Below are positions 18,797 to 32,705 of a stretch of DNA of 64,000 nt, one piece after another. Made by a program: the position numbers and the translations under genes. Position 1 is the stretch's first letter, and every line of letters begins with the position of its first letter. Below the pieces are notes generated by a model, which was not told the DNA's origin, ran no database searches, and worked only from the letters and a program-made list of their open reading frames with translations. The stretch comes from Chloroflexota bacterium (GTDB taxonomy: Bacteria; Chloroflexota; Dehalococcoidia; UBA2979), in NCBI GenBank assembly GCA_027593235.1, contig JAQCIU010000001.1:27038-91037 (forward strand). The letters are read 5' to 3'.

Positions 18797-20479
18797 TTAC
18801 TCGCTGGTGCGGTAGAGCTCCGCGACCTCAAGGTTGCAGCAGCCGCTGTAGTGCATCCCCTTCAGATCCGAGCGGTAGGCCAGGATCAGGTTTGGGTTCG
18901 CCAGCGGGAGCAGGTATGCATCCGCGATCATCAGCCGGCCCAGCTCGTCATAGAGCTTGGCGCGCTCTTCCGTGTCAGCCGTCAACAGAGCCCGGTTGTA
19001 CAGGTCCTGCTGATCTGCGCTGACGATCGGACCCTGCGTGCCACCGGCCCGAGCGGACCAGCGCGAGCCCTCGATCATTGCGAAGTACTGCGGGTACTGC
19101 ACCGTGTCCGGGTGGTCCGGTGCGTAGTAAATCGCCGTGAACGGCACCTTGTTCGCCGACAGGTCCGGGAAGATCACCGCGGCTTCCAGCGGCTGCAGGT
19201 TCAGCTTCACGTTGATTTCAGCCAGGTCCGCCTGGACCTTCTGCATCATCAGGTTGAAGTCGACGCCGTAGACGTTCGTGTTCCAGTACGGGGCGTCCAG
19301 CTCAAAGCCGTCCGGGTACCCGCCGTCCGCCAGCAGCTTGCGGGCCTTTTCCAGGTCCCGTACCGGCAGCGGCAGGTCCGCCGTGCCAAGGAATCCGTTC
19401 GGGATCGCCGTCGCCTGCTTGCGGCCGTTGCCGCCCAGCAGCACGTCCAGCATCCCGTCGTAGTCGATCGCCGCCTGGATCGCCTGGCGGACGTTCTGGT
19501 TGAGGTCCAGCTCCGACCCCTTCGCGCCCTCGGTGCCGACCACGAAGCCGACGTACACGAAGTTGAACGAAGGAACCGACTCGGCGACTACCGTGTCGCC
19601 GGACATGCCGCTCGCGGTGTCCGGGTCGATCTGCATCGCGATGTCAACGTCGCCCGCTTCCAGGAGCTGCCGCTGCGTCACCGCGTCGGCCACTTCTTGG
19701 ATGATCACCGTCTTGATCGCCGGCGTCGTGCCCGGTCCCCAGTAGTTCTCGTTCCGCACGAGGCGGATCGAGTCTCCCTCGGTGTAGGACTCCAGTACGT
19801 ACGGGCCGCTGCCCGCCGAGTTCGCCAGGAACCACTGCTGCGCCGCGTCAGCGGTCTCGGCGTCATCGCCACCCGCGGCGCCGTTCGCCTCGGCCATCGC
19901 CTTATTCACGATCGCCGTGTAGGGCGCGTTCATCTTCGCCGGGAACGAGGCGTCACCAGACGCCATGTGCACGACGATCGTGTGCTCGTCCGGCGTGTCG
20001 ATTGCCTCGACGCCGTCCATGAAGAAGCTCGGTGAACCCTTCAGGTTCGCCAGCCGCTCCAACGACCACTTCACGTCCGCCGAGGTCAGCGCGCTGCCAT
20101 CGGCGAACACTGCCTTGTCGTTCAGCTTGAACGTCCACTCCGTCAGATCCTCGTTCGCCGACCACTCGGTGGCGACGCGCGGGATCAGGGTGGTGTTGTC
20201 GGTGTGGTCGAGCCCCACGAGCGTCTGGTAGACCGCCGAGATGTAGATCTGGCAGGTGTCGCAGAATGCTCGGTGCGGGTCGCCATCCGAGAAGTCCATC
20301 GCACGTGCGAGGACCAGTGGCTTCTCATCGTTGTCGATGCGGTTGCCGGCGTCGGCCGCCGTGGCGGTACCGCCGTCGCCGCCATCTCCGCCGTCGTCGC
20401 TGTCATCGCTACACGCGACCAGCGTGAGCGCGATCGCGGCGAACAGCACCAGGATCAGATACCCGAACCGTCTACTCAT
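18797..20479 (-). CDS. ABC transporter substrate-binding lipoprotein, family 5 (peptide/nickel/opine type).
   Basis: Lipobox LVACSDD. The product is about 560 aa with the SBP_bac_5 fold. The start was set at MSRRFGYL. Confidence 0.8.
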   Translation of the reverse strand: MSRRFGYLILVLFAAIALTLVACSDDSDDGGDGGDGGTATAADAGNRIDNDEKPLVLARAMDFSDGDPHRAFCDTCQIYISAVYQTLVGLDHTDNTTLIPRVATEWSANEDLTEWTFKLNDKAVFADGSALTSADVKWSLERLANLKGSPSFFMDGVEAIDTPDEHTIVVHMASGDASFPAKMNAPYTAIVNKAMAEANGAAGGDDAETADAAQQWFLANSAGSGPYVLESYTEGDSIRLVRNENYWGPGTTPAIKTVIIQEVADAVTQRQLLEAGDVDIAMQIDPDTASGMSGDTVVAESVPSFNFVYVGFVVGTEGAKGSELDLNQNVRQAIQAAIDYDGMLDVLLGGNGRKQATAIPNGFLGTADLPLPVRDLEKARKLLADGGYPDGFELDAPYWNTNVYGVDFNLMMQKVQADLAEINVKLNLQPLEAAVIFPDLSANKVPFTAIYYAPDHPDTVQYPQYFAMIEGSRWSARAGGTQGPIVSADQQDLYNRALLTADTEERAKLYDELGRLMIADAYLLPLANPNLILAYRSDLKGMHYSGCCNLEVAELYRTSE

Positions 20480-20822
20480 CTTGCAGTTCCCTCCAAGGAA
20501 GCGGAGCGGCATTCGCCGCTGGACTCACCGAGCCGGTGCGTCCGGATGCTCTGGGATCGGCCTTCGACAGCTCCGACGTGTCGAACGGTCGCGCTCGACG
20601 GGCGGGCGTCCGGGTGGTGGACCAGCACAGGACAAAGGTCGCGTCTCGAGATGACGCATGGCTCTGGCCCGCTGGCGAGCCGTGTAACGATATCAGTATT
20701 CGCTGTTGGAAAATGCACCCACTTCTGGCGGGCACCGCCCCGCCCGAAATGGACATCGATTGCCTGTTGGTTCGTCGATCGATAGCGGCCCGGGATGTCG
20801 CTGGACGACCGCCTCGGACCGC

Positions 20823-22367
20823 CTACGGACGCATCGATCGCGTCTTCGGGCCCAGCTCCGTGCGGAGCTGCACCTGGGCGTGGTGGATGAACTGCACCGC
20901 CAGCGGGCGCGTGTCCCGAGGGTCGATCAGGTCGTTGATGCCGAAGGCCTCGGCGCGGAAGAACGGCGAGCGGTCCTTCTCGTGCGCCTCCTCCAGCTCG
21001 AGGCGGCGCGCCTCGGGGTCGGGTGAGGCCTCGATCTCTCGCCGGTAGGCGGCCCAGACGCCGCCCTCGACGGGGATCGATCCCCACTCGCCCGAGGGCC
21101 AGGCGTAGACGGGGCCGTTGCCGTTGTGGTGCGCGCCGGCCGCGACGCCGTAGGCGCGCCGGACCATGAACTTCAGCCACGGGACCGTCGACTGGTTCAC
21201 TGCCGCGAGCACCCGCGCGCCCTTGCGCAGCGTGCCGGCGCGTTCGGCGTCGACGCCGACCATGAAGCCGGGTTCGTCCTCGAAGGACATCAGCGGGATG
21301 TGGAAGGTGTCGCAGATGTCGATGAAGCGGGCCAGCTTCTCCGCCGAGTCGGCGGTCATCGCGCCGCCGTTGAAGTTCGGGTTGTTGGCGGTCACGCCGA
21401 CGGCGTACCCATCGAGGCGTGCGAAGCCGGTGGTGACCGCGCGTCCGAAGTGGGTCGTCATCTCGAAGAACGAACCTTCGTCGACGACGTGGGCGATCAG
21501 CTTCTTGGGGTTGAAGGCGCGGCGTCGCTCCCGAGGGATGAAGGAGAGCAGCTCCTCGTCGCGGCGGGTCGGGTCGTCCGAGGGGTCAACGCGCGGGGCC
21601 TGCTCCCAGACGTTGGTCGGGAGGTAGGAGAGGAACTGTCGTACGTGATCGAGGCAGCCCGCCTCGTCCTCGGCGACGTTGTCGACGAGTCCGCTGTAAA
21701 GTTGCATCTGCCAGCCGCCCAGCTCCTCCTTGGTGACGGGGCGTCCGAGGGCGCGCTCCACGACCGGCGGGCCGCCGGCGAAGAGGAAGGCCGTCGTCTT
21801 CGACATCACGGAGAAGTGGGTCTCGGCGATCCGCGCGGCGACGATGCCGGCGCAGGCACCCATTGCCGCGCCGACGACCGGCACCGTGCCGAGCAGGTCG
21901 GCCTTCGGGGAGACCGGCTCACCTCGGAGTGGTGTCTCGGAGTGCCTCGAGCGGTTCGTGCGCACGCTGCCGCCGGCGCCCTCGTGGAGTCGCACCAGCG
22001 GCAGCTTCATACGCCGCGCGAGGTGCTCGACGTAGTAGCCCTTGGCGCTGCCGCCACCGTCCGAGGCGCCACCGCGGATGGTTCCATCCTCGCCGCCGAT
22101 GACGATCGGCCGTTCGTTGACCCGTGCCGTACCGACGAGTGCGTTCGACGGCGTCACCTTCCCGGCGACGCCGTCTTCGTCGTAGTCGACGCTACCGGTG
22201 ATACGCCCCATCTCGAGGAAGGAGCCGGCGTCGACGAGGCCGTCGATTCGCTCGCGGATGGTGAGCAGCCCTCGGTCGTGGTGGCGCTGCACGGCCTCGG
22301 GGCCGCCCATGCCCTCGACGGCGGTGCGGCGTCGGTTGATCTCGTCGACTTCGGGCTGCCAGGTCAT
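20823..22367 (-). CDS. Acyl-CoA carboxylase carboxyltransferase subunit (propionyl-CoA carboxylase beta / methylmalonyl-CoA decarboxylase alpha family).
   Basis: A 514-aa protein with a two-lobed carboxyl_trans domain (GGSAKGYY..., FIDICDTFHIPL..., MSFEDEPGFM). Confidence 0.8.
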   Translation of the reverse strand: MTWQPEVDEINRRRTAVEGMGGPEAVQRHHDRGLLTIRERIDGLVDAGSFLEMGRITGSVDYDEDGVAGKVTPSNALVGTARVNERPIVIGGEDGTIRGGASDGGGSAKGYYVEHLARRMKLPLVRLHEGAGGSVRTNRSRHSETPLRGEPVSPKADLLGTVPVVGAAMGACAGIVAARIAETHFSVMSKTTAFLFAGGPPVVERALGRPVTKEELGGWQMQLYSGLVDNVAEDEAGCLDHVRQFLSYLPTNVWEQAPRVDPSDDPTRRDEELLSFIPRERRRAFNPKKLIAHVVDEGSFFEMTTHFGRAVTTGFARLDGYAVGVTANNPNFNGGAMTADSAEKLARFIDICDTFHIPLMSFEDEPGFMVGVDAERAGTLRKGARVLAAVNQSTVPWLKFMVRRAYGVAAGAHHNGNGPVYAWPSGEWGSIPVEGGVWAAYRREIEASPDPEARRLELEEAHEKDRSPFFRAEAFGINDLIDPRDTRPLAVQFIHHAQVQLRTELGPKTRSMRP

Positions 22368-22408
22368 CGAGGGCTCCTCTTTCGTTGGTTACTCGTTCGG
22401 TCGGGTTG

Positions 22409-23644
22409 TCAGTCGAGCGCTCCGCGCGCGGCGAGATCGGCGATCGCGTCAGGGTCCATCTGCAGGACGTCGGTCAGCACCTCGAAGGTGTGCTCGCCGA
22501 TCAGCGGGGCGCGGCGGACGTCGGCCTCGTAGGCGTGCATCTGGAGCGGGTTGCCGTGGACGAGGAACTCGCGCCCGGACGGATGGTCGATGGTCTTGTA
22601 GTAGCGGTCGCCCATTGAAGGGTCGCGATGCACGAGGTCGGGCACCTTCTGGTATGGCCCGGCCGGCACCCCTCGCGCCTGCAGCGCCTCGGCGAGCTCC
22701 AGCGCGTCCCAGCCCGTGGTCCACCGATCGAGGATCGCGTCGATCGCCGCCTCGTCGGCCCGCCGACCGTCCGAGGTCTGCCACCGGGCGTCGCGCAGTT
22801 CCTCGATGTTGGCGAGGTCGACGAGGGCGGCCCACTGGGCGTCCTCGAAGATGGCGATCGCGCACCAGGCGTCGCGCGTGCCGTCGTCCGAGCAGGGATA
22901 GAAGTTGTGCGGGACCGCCTCGGCGTCGCGGTTGCCGATCTGGCGGGGCACCTCGTCAGCGAGTTGGGCCTCGAGCAGCGTCGGGCCGAGCATCGCGACG
23001 GTGGACTCGTACTGGCCGATCTCGATGAACTGGCCCTCGCCAGTGCGGTCGCGGTGCAGCAGCGCGGCCATGATGGCGACCGCGCCGTGGAACGGGTTCG
23101 AGGAGAAGTCGGCGTACTGGTGGCCGAAGGGGAGCGGGCCGTCCTCGGGGTTGCCGGAGATCGACTTGAGGCCGGAGATGCCGACGAACATGTCGCCGAA
23201 GCCGCGCCAATTGGAGCGCGGGCCGGCGCTCTCCATCGTCGGCATGTTGACCATGATGATGCCGGGGTTGAGCGCTCGCATGTCCTCGTAGCCGATGCCC
23301 CAGCGCTCGTACTGGTCGCCGCTGAGGTTGCAGATCGTCACGTCGCTGACGCGGACGAGATCGCGGAGGAGGGCGCGGCCTTCCTCGGTGGCGAGGTTGA
23401 GCGTGCAGGACCGCTTACTGGCGTTGGCGTCGTGGAAGTAGCCGCCGGTGTCGGGGTTCGTGTTGGCGTCGCCGGGCAGATCGCCGAACAGTGGGATGCG
23501 GTTCGCGCGGCCCGTGTCCATGCGGTTGCGCGACTCCACCTTGATCACGTCCGCGCCGTAGTCGCCCAGCAGCCGCGCCGCCAGCGGCCCGGCGATGATC
23601 CACGACAGGTCGAGGACCCGGATGCCTTCGAGCGGGCCGGTCAC
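22409..23644 (-). CDS. Family III CoA-transferase (CaiB/BaiF family).
   Basis: N-terminus VTGPLEGIRVLDLSWIIAGP..YGADVIKVE. The GTG start overlaps the stop of the upstream paralog (GTGA). Confidence 0.8.
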   Translation of the reverse strand: MTGPLEGIRVLDLSWIIAGPLAARLLGDYGADVIKVESRNRMDTGRANRIPLFGDLPGDANTNPDTGGYFHDANASKRSCTLNLATEEGRALLRDLVRVSDVTICNLSGDQYERWGIGYEDMRALNPGIIMVNMPTMESAGPRSNWRGFGDMFVGISGLKSISGNPEDGPLPFGHQYADFSSNPFHGAVAIMAALLHRDRTGEGQFIEIGQYESTVAMLGPTLLEAQLADEVPRQIGNRDAEAVPHNFYPCSDDGTRDAWCAIAIFEDAQWAALVDLANIEELRDARWQTSDGRRADEAAIDAILDRWTTGWDALELAEALQARGVPAGPYQKVPDLVHRDPSMGDRYYKTIDHPSGREFLVHGNPLQMHAYEADVRRAPLIGEHTFEVLTDVLQMDPDAIADLAARGALD

Positions 23645-24831
23645 GCGGCACCACCCTTCGAGGGCAGGCCCAGCTCCGCGAGCACCTCGGCGGTGTGCTC
23701 GCCGAGAAGCGGGGGGCGGGAGGACGCCTGGTAGGGAGTGCCGCTCAGCCGCACCGGCCCGCCCGCGTCTAGGAGCGGAGCGGGGAGGCCCGGCGCCTCG
23801 ATCTCCACGAAGCTGGCGCGACGTTCGAGGAACGGGTCGGCGAGCACCTGGCTCGCGTCCTGCACCGGGAGGCCCATCAGGCCTCGGGACTGGAGCAGCT
23901 CCACCAGCTCGGCGTTGGTGAAGCGCGCGGCGAATGCGCGTGCGGCGGCCATCGCGCGGTCGTCCGTCATGAACGCCGAGATGCCCAGCTCCGCCTCCAG
24001 CTCGCGCAGGCCCTCGCCGAGCCCGTGCTCCTCGAGGATGGCGAGCGTCTCCGGGACCTTGCGCCACGTCGACCACGTGAAGAATCCGTCCTTTGTCTCG
24101 TGGAGGTCGGGCGGAGGACCGGGCGCGCGTTCGCGGCGGTGCCGCACGAAGCCGAACTGGTGGTAGAGCGACGGGTTCGCCATCTGGAAGCTGACGAGGG
24201 CGGTGACGCGCTGAGCGGCAATGTCGACGACGCTCCCTGTTCCGCCGTGCCGCGCGCCGTAGACCGCGATCAGACCACCGAGGGCGGCGGCGAGGCCGCT
24301 CATCTCCGAGGCCGCTTCCTGGCCGAAGCGGGCGGGCCGCTCACCTCGATAGCCGAAGTAGCTGAGCATCCCGCTAATCGACTGGCAGACGAGGTCGCTG
24401 CCGAGCCAGTGACTCCGAGGCCCATCCAGCCCGAACGGAGTGATCGAAACGATCGCGCGGCCACTCCCGGCGCTCGCGAGCGCATCGAGGTCGAAGCCGA
24501 GCCGGGCGAGGTGGCCGTTGTCGAGGACGATGTCCGAGGCCTCGATGAGGCGTTCGAGGGTGGGACGGGCCTCGGTGCTTTCGATGTCGAGGGCGACGCT
24601 GCGCATGCCGGAGCAGTAGTGCAGGAAGTAGAGCGACGCGGCCTCGTCACCCTCGACGAAGATCGCCTCAGCGACATAACGCGAAGGACGGCCTCGGTAG
24701 ACGGCACCCCTCGGTGGCTCGACCAGCACAACGTCGGCGCCGAGACCACGCAGCAGGCGGGCGCCGTAGGCGCCGAGGCCGTCGAGCAGGTTGAGGACAC
24801 GAACGCCTTCGAGCGCTCCGTGAGCGAGCAT
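23641..24831 (-). CDS. Family III CoA-transferase (CaiB/BaiF family), paralog.
   Basis: N-terminus MLAHGALEGVRVLNLLDGLGAYGARLLRGLGADVV. The start was set at the Met encoding MLAHG. Confidence 0.75.
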   Translation of the reverse strand: MLAHGALEGVRVLNLLDGLGAYGARLLRGLGADVVLVEPPRGAVYRGRPSRYVAEAIFVEGDEAASLYFLHYCSGMRSVALDIESTEARPTLERLIEASDIVLDNGHLARLGFDLDALASAGSGRAIVSITPFGLDGPRSHWLGSDLVCQSISGMLSYFGYRGERPARFGQEAASEMSGLAAALGGLIAVYGARHGGTGSVVDIAAQRVTALVSFQMANPSLYHQFGFVRHRRERAPGPPPDLHETKDGFFTWSTWRKVPETLAILEEHGLGEGLRELEAELGISAFMTDDRAMAAARAFAARFTNAELVELLQSRGLMGLPVQDASQVLADPFLERRASFVEIEAPGLPAPLLDAGGPVRLSGTPYQASSRPPLLGEHTAEVLAELGLPSKGGAA

Positions 24832-24980
24832 CGAGATCCCTCGGTAGTGGCGAGTCAGCGGACGAGGCGCATCGTACAAGGGCCGCCCGTACAGACTGCA
24901 TGCCGGAGCGGCCCGTGCGACGCGCCGATCGGTGAGGCGTTATCTTCCCGACGAAGCTTGGGAGAGGCAGAGGTGACTGG

Positions 24981-25487
24981 ATGAAGGCTCAAGAGTTGAT
25001 GCGCGTGCAGTACGCGCAGGCGCACCAAATGCTGGAAAGTGCGATCAAGGACTGCGACGCCGAGGCACTGACGAAGGTGGTCGGCGGCAACATCGGGACG
25101 GTCGGGGCGATCTACGCGCACGCCGTGTTCGACGAAGACGGATGGGTCGCCGGCGTGACTGGGAACCCGACGCTCTGGGCGTCCGGTGGCTGGGCAGCCA
25201 AGACCGGCCTGCAGGAGATCAGCGGGCGGCAGAGCCAGGACTGGGCACAGTCGGTGACGTACGACCTCGCGACGTTCCGCGAGTACGCGCAGGCGGTGTA
25301 CGCGCAGATGGACGGCTACCTCGAGGGTCTGTCCGACGAGGACGTGGATCGGGAGATCGAGGCCTTCGGCAGCACGACCACGATCGGGAAGCACTTCGGG
25401 TCGATGGGGTTGTGGCACATGATGTCGCACCAGGGCGAGCTGTCTGCCGTGAAGGGTGCGCAGGGCCTGAAGGGGTTGCCCTTCTAG
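24981..25487 (+). CDS. DinB/YfiT-like (DinB_2 superfamily) protein.
   Basis: A 168-aa four-helix-bundle-type protein containing the HMMSHQGEL motif. Confidence 0.6.
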   Translation: MKAQELMRVQYAQAHQMLESAIKDCDAEALTKVVGGNIGTVGAIYAHAVFDEDGWVAGVTGNPTLWASGGWAAKTGLQEISGRQSQDWAQSVTYDLATFREYAQAVYAQMDGYLEGLSDEDVDREIEAFGSTTTIGKHFGSMGLWHMMSHQGELSAVKGAQGLKGLPF

Positions 25488-25633
25488 GCTGGCATCAACC
25501 GGGTGGTCAATTGAGCGGGACAACCGGGTCGTCGTAGCGCTTGCTGTCCGGGATCGGCGCGCGACTACCAGTCGACTGAAGCCGCCACGAGGACAGCGTC
25601 GCGGGCGCGCGTGCCCGCGACGCGTGTGACGGG

Positions 25634-26554
25634 TCAGGCCAGCGGCACGTAGAGGTCGGTTCGTACCTCATCGGGCGGGACCGTCATAGGGTCGCTGACG
25701 TACACCTCGTAGGTCACGCCGTCGCCGACGCGCTCGCCGCTGGCCGGCAACCATTCGCCCATGAACCGGGCCCAGGTATCGGGCAGTCCCTCGTACGGTC
25801 CGATATGGGTGGTGGATGCATACCGGCCGGCCGCGACCCGCTGCTCGACGACACCGTCCGGCAGCTTGAGGGATTCCGAAACGACCATCGCGGCATCGGA
25901 GCGCAGTTCGGCCTCGGGTGTTGTTTCCTGATCGTCGCGGTAGATCGCCATCATGCTCGGCCCGGGTTGATCGAGTGGGAGCTGACCAGCCTCGATGTAG
26001 CTGGCCAACTTCATCAGGGCCTCGGCGATCCGGTGGTATGCACCGATGTGCCTGACGGTGGCGACCCTGAGTTCCGGCCGCTCTTCGATTTTGACATCCA
26101 TACCTGGTGCTCCTTTCGCGAAGCGCACGTATCCCGGCCCGGGACGTTCCGGCCCGTAGTGGATGGCTGAAGGGGTTGGGAGCTTCGTCGGGGTGAAGAG
26201 CAAGATCGGCACGGGTGCTTGCGTCTTGAACTCGGACGGGGACCGACCGTAGTGGGCACGAAACGCTCGGGTGAAGGCCTCGTGGGTGTCGTAGCCCGCC
26301 GCGAACGCGGTGGTCGTCACCTCTTCTTCGGTGTGCGTGAGCTGCCAGGCCGCGCGCTCGAGCCGCAGCCGGCGATGGAGTTGGAGCGGGGTCTCGCCGA
26401 GCATCCCGCGGAAGACCCGATGGAAATGGAACGGGGACAATGCGGCTCCCTGGGTGAGCTGGTCGAGGTCGAGTGCGTGGTCGAGTGAGCCCGCGATGAT
26501 CTCGACCGCGCTCTGCACCGCTCGTTCGTAGAACGACTGCGTTTCAGCTTTCAT
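25634..26554 (-). CDS. AraC-family transcriptional regulator with a C-terminal GyrI-like effector domain.
   Basis: N-terminal AraC HTH (FHFHRVFRGMLGETP...TTTAFAAGYDTHEAFTRAFRAHYGRSPSEF). The C-terminal GyrI-like domain carries the EVYVS motif. The start was set at MKAETQSF. Confidence 0.8.
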   Translation of the reverse strand: MKAETQSFYERAVQSAVEIIAGSLDHALDLDQLTQGAALSPFHFHRVFRGMLGETPLQLHRRLRLERAAWQLTHTEEEVTTTAFAAGYDTHEAFTRAFRAHYGRSPSEFKTQAPVPILLFTPTKLPTPSAIHYGPERPGPGYVRFAKGAPGMDVKIEERPELRVATVRHIGAYHRIAEALMKLASYIEAGQLPLDQPGPSMMAIYRDDQETTPEAELRSDAAMVVSESLKLPDGVVEQRVAAGRYASTTHIGPYEGLPDTWARFMGEWLPASGERVGDGVTYEVYVSDPMTVPPDEVRTDLYVPLA

Positions 26555-26765
26555 ACCGGCCAAGCTAGAGGGCGGAGCGCCGGCGTACTTGATTTGCGTT
26601 GCGGTTTGTCGTGGTGCTCGTGGTTCACGCCGATCGGCCGACCGACGGAGATGAATGCGCCGCGCTGCTGTTCTCGGCGTGCAGCCCCCCCCGCAGCGCA
26701 GACCTTCCGAGGGCGCCCGCATACACTGAGGCTCAACGTCCGGTTTGGTCCGTGGGAGGCGCGTG

Positions 26766-29429
<2,664 letters not shown>

Positions 29430-29441
<12 letters not shown>

Positions 29442-29469
29442 TTCTCCCTCGGGAGGCTTGCGGGGCGGG
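29430..29469. repeat. 40-bp direct repeat, copy 1. It overlaps the last codons and stop of acnA.
   Basis: CTCGAGAGCTAGttctCCCTCGGGAGGCTTGCGGGGCGGG. It is 90% identical to copy 2 at 29964-30003. Confidence 0.85.
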
Positions 29470-29470
29470 T

Positions 29471-29917
29471 ATGGAGCGGTTCATCGATCTTGCTGGTCGC
29501 GAGGGTGAGCCAGCAGTACACGCACTGCTGGAGCAGGCTCAGATCCATCGGGCGCCTGAGGATGTCGTTGGGCGGGGGGCTGCCATCGCGGCCGAATACG
29601 CCGAGTCCCCTGGGTTCTCGCTCTGGGGCCTGGAGCGGGATGGCGAGCTTCTAGCGGTGGCCGGCGTCGAACTGCGAGACGACCTGCTCTGGCTCTTCGA
29701 TCTTGCCGTGCAAGTCGATCAGCGTCGGCGTGGAATCGGCGCGAGGCTGATCGACGCGCTCCGCAATCAGTATCCGGCCACCGCCATCAGCGGGCACACA
29801 CTTCAGGTCGCCGCTTCGTTCTACGAGGCATTGGGTTTCGAAGTCACCACGGAGGGTGAAATGCCCGACGGTCGGAGCCAGCTGCGATTCACGTGGACTC
29901 CACCAGTCGGCAGCTAA
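29471..29917 (+). CDS. GNAT-family N-acetyltransferase, encoded on a small cassette between direct repeats.
   Basis: A 148-aa protein with the acetyl-CoA motif (QRRRGIGARLIDAL). GC content and codon usage are lower than in the neighbouring genes. Confidence 0.7.
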   Translation: MERFIDLAGREGEPAVHALLEQAQIHRAPEDVVGRGAAIAAEYAESPGFSLWGLERDGELLAVAGVELRDDLLWLFDLAVQVDQRRRGIGARLIDALRNQYPATAISGHTLQVAASFYEALGFEVTTEGEMPDGRSQLRFTWTPPVGS

Positions 29918-29963
29918 CGCTGTCTACTCCGCTTCGCTGAGCTCGAGTCCTCGCCCCACCTAC

Positions 29964-30003
29964 TCGAGAGCTAGCTAGCCCTCGGGAGGCTTGCGGGGCG
30001 GGC
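29964..30003. repeat. 40-bp direct repeat, copy 2.
   Basis: CTCGAGAGCTAGctagCCCTCGGGAGGCTTGCGGGGCGGG. Confidence 0.85.
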
Positions 30004-30029
30004 GCCTCGGGAGTTGCGCCGAACACGAA

Positions 30030-30062
30030 AGAGCCGGGGCATTCACCCCGGCTCTTCTGTTG
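30030..30062. terminator. Bidirectional intrinsic terminator.
   Basis: A 10-bp GC-rich stem, AGAGCCGGGG/CCCCGGCTCT, with loop CATTCA, followed by TCTGTT. It lies between the convergent acnA-GNAT unit and the inositol-phosphate synthase gene. Confidence 0.7.
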
Positions 30063-30088
30063 CGTGCGTGCAGGCGCGGGCGCTAGCC

Positions 30089-31606
<1,518 letters not shown>

Positions 31607-31642
31607 GAGGCATAGATAACCAATAATTTTGGTAACTGTCAA
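31607..31642 (-). promoter_or_regulatory. Putative promoter with an operator palindrome in the spacer, upstream of the HTH-MIPS gene.
   Basis: On the minus strand the sequence reads TTGACA-N17-TTATCT. The spacer contains the inverted repeat ACCAA-N5-TTGGT. Only a few nucleotides separate this from the ATG, suggesting a short or absent leader. Confidence 0.4.
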
Positions 31643-31734
31643 AGTTCGGGCGGGGGGCGTCCCGGGCTTGCTCGCGATCGTGGCCGTTCGGCCCTGCAGC
31701 GGTGCGGGTTCGTGCCTCGGAGCGGGGTGGGGCG

Positions 31735-32439
31735 CTAGGCCTCCGAGGCGGCGCGTTGCTCCGCTTCGCTGAGCCGTTCGAGGCCCTCGAGAATCAGGTC
31801 GAGCGCAAACACGAACTCGAAATCGCTGTCGCAGCCATCGCCGAGGATGTCGTCGCCGTGATCGATGACGGCCGCCATCTTCGACATGTTCGGGTACTGG
31901 GCCATGAGCTGCTGGATCATCAGCGCCGCGATCTCCGGGTTCTCGTCGATCGATCCGGACTCGTCGTACAGCTCCTGGGTGAAGCCGAGGATGCGGCTGC
32001 CGAGGACGTGCAACCCGTGGTGGGTCAGATCCGGTGACAGGCCACCATCAAGCAGGATGCCGATCACGCGGTCGTAGTACTCCATCATCGCGGGGCTGAC
32101 GTCTGGCCGGCTCTCGATCACGCGGGGCGCCCACTGGTGCTGGATCAGCACGGCGCGGGCGGCGAGTGCCTGGTTGCGCAGCGTCGTCTTCCAGTCGGGG
32201 TCGGTCGGTGTCTGCTCGATTTCGCTGACCATCAGGTCGACCACGCCGTTGAGCAGGTCTTCCTTGTTGGAGACGTGGTTGTAGAGCGACATCGCCTCGA
32301 CGCCGAGCGCCTGACCGAGGCCGCGCATGCTGACGGCGTCGATGCCCTTGCGGTCGGCGAGGGCGATCGCGGCGCGCAGGATCCGCTCCCGGCTGAGCGG
32401 GGTGCGGGCCTCGGTTGTCGCTTCTTCGGAGGTGACCAT
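31735..32439 (-). CDS. TetR/AcrR-family transcriptional regulator.
   Basis: N-terminal HTH (RERILRAAIALADRKGIDAVSMRGLGQALGVEAMSLYNHV) and a C-terminal TetR ligand-binding domain. Confidence 0.85.
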   Translation of the reverse strand: MVTSEEATTEARTPLSRERILRAAIALADRKGIDAVSMRGLGQALGVEAMSLYNHVSNKEDLLNGVVDLMVSEIEQTPTDPDWKTTLRNQALAARAVLIQHQWAPRVIESRPDVSPAMMEYYDRVIGILLDGGLSPDLTHHGLHVLGSRILGFTQELYDESGSIDENPEIAALMIQQLMAQYPNMSKMAAVIDHGDDILGDGCDSDFEFVFALDLILEGLERLSEAEQRAASEA

Positions 32440-32534
32440 AAGGAATCCTCTGTCGTTGTCGCTCCTACAGGGTAAGTCTGCCGCGACCTGGGCACCTGTG
32501 GCTATTGCATTCGTGTTCGCCGGCCCGCCGAGGT

Positions 32535-32620
32535 CCGGTCGAAAGACCGGTTGACAGACTTACGGTGTAGCCATACCTTACACCGTACATTTACATTGTA
32601 TGTTTACGACGTAAGCAGAT
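32535..32620. promoter_or_regulatory. AT-rich divergent promoter/operator region between the TetR gene and the MMPL remnant.
   Basis: It contains a perfect hairpin/palindrome CCGGTC-GAAA-GACCGG, a TTGACA hexamer, the inverted repeat ACGGTGTA-N9-TACACCGT, and the inverted CTTACG/CGTAAG pair. This is by far the most AT-rich stretch in the neighbourhood. Confidence 0.45.
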
Positions 32621-32705
32621 TACGACAGAGACACGCATCGGGGCCGACCCTCGGTCCACGACCCCGGCCTCACCGCCGTCGCGCAACTGAAAAGGAAATC
32701 CGCAG

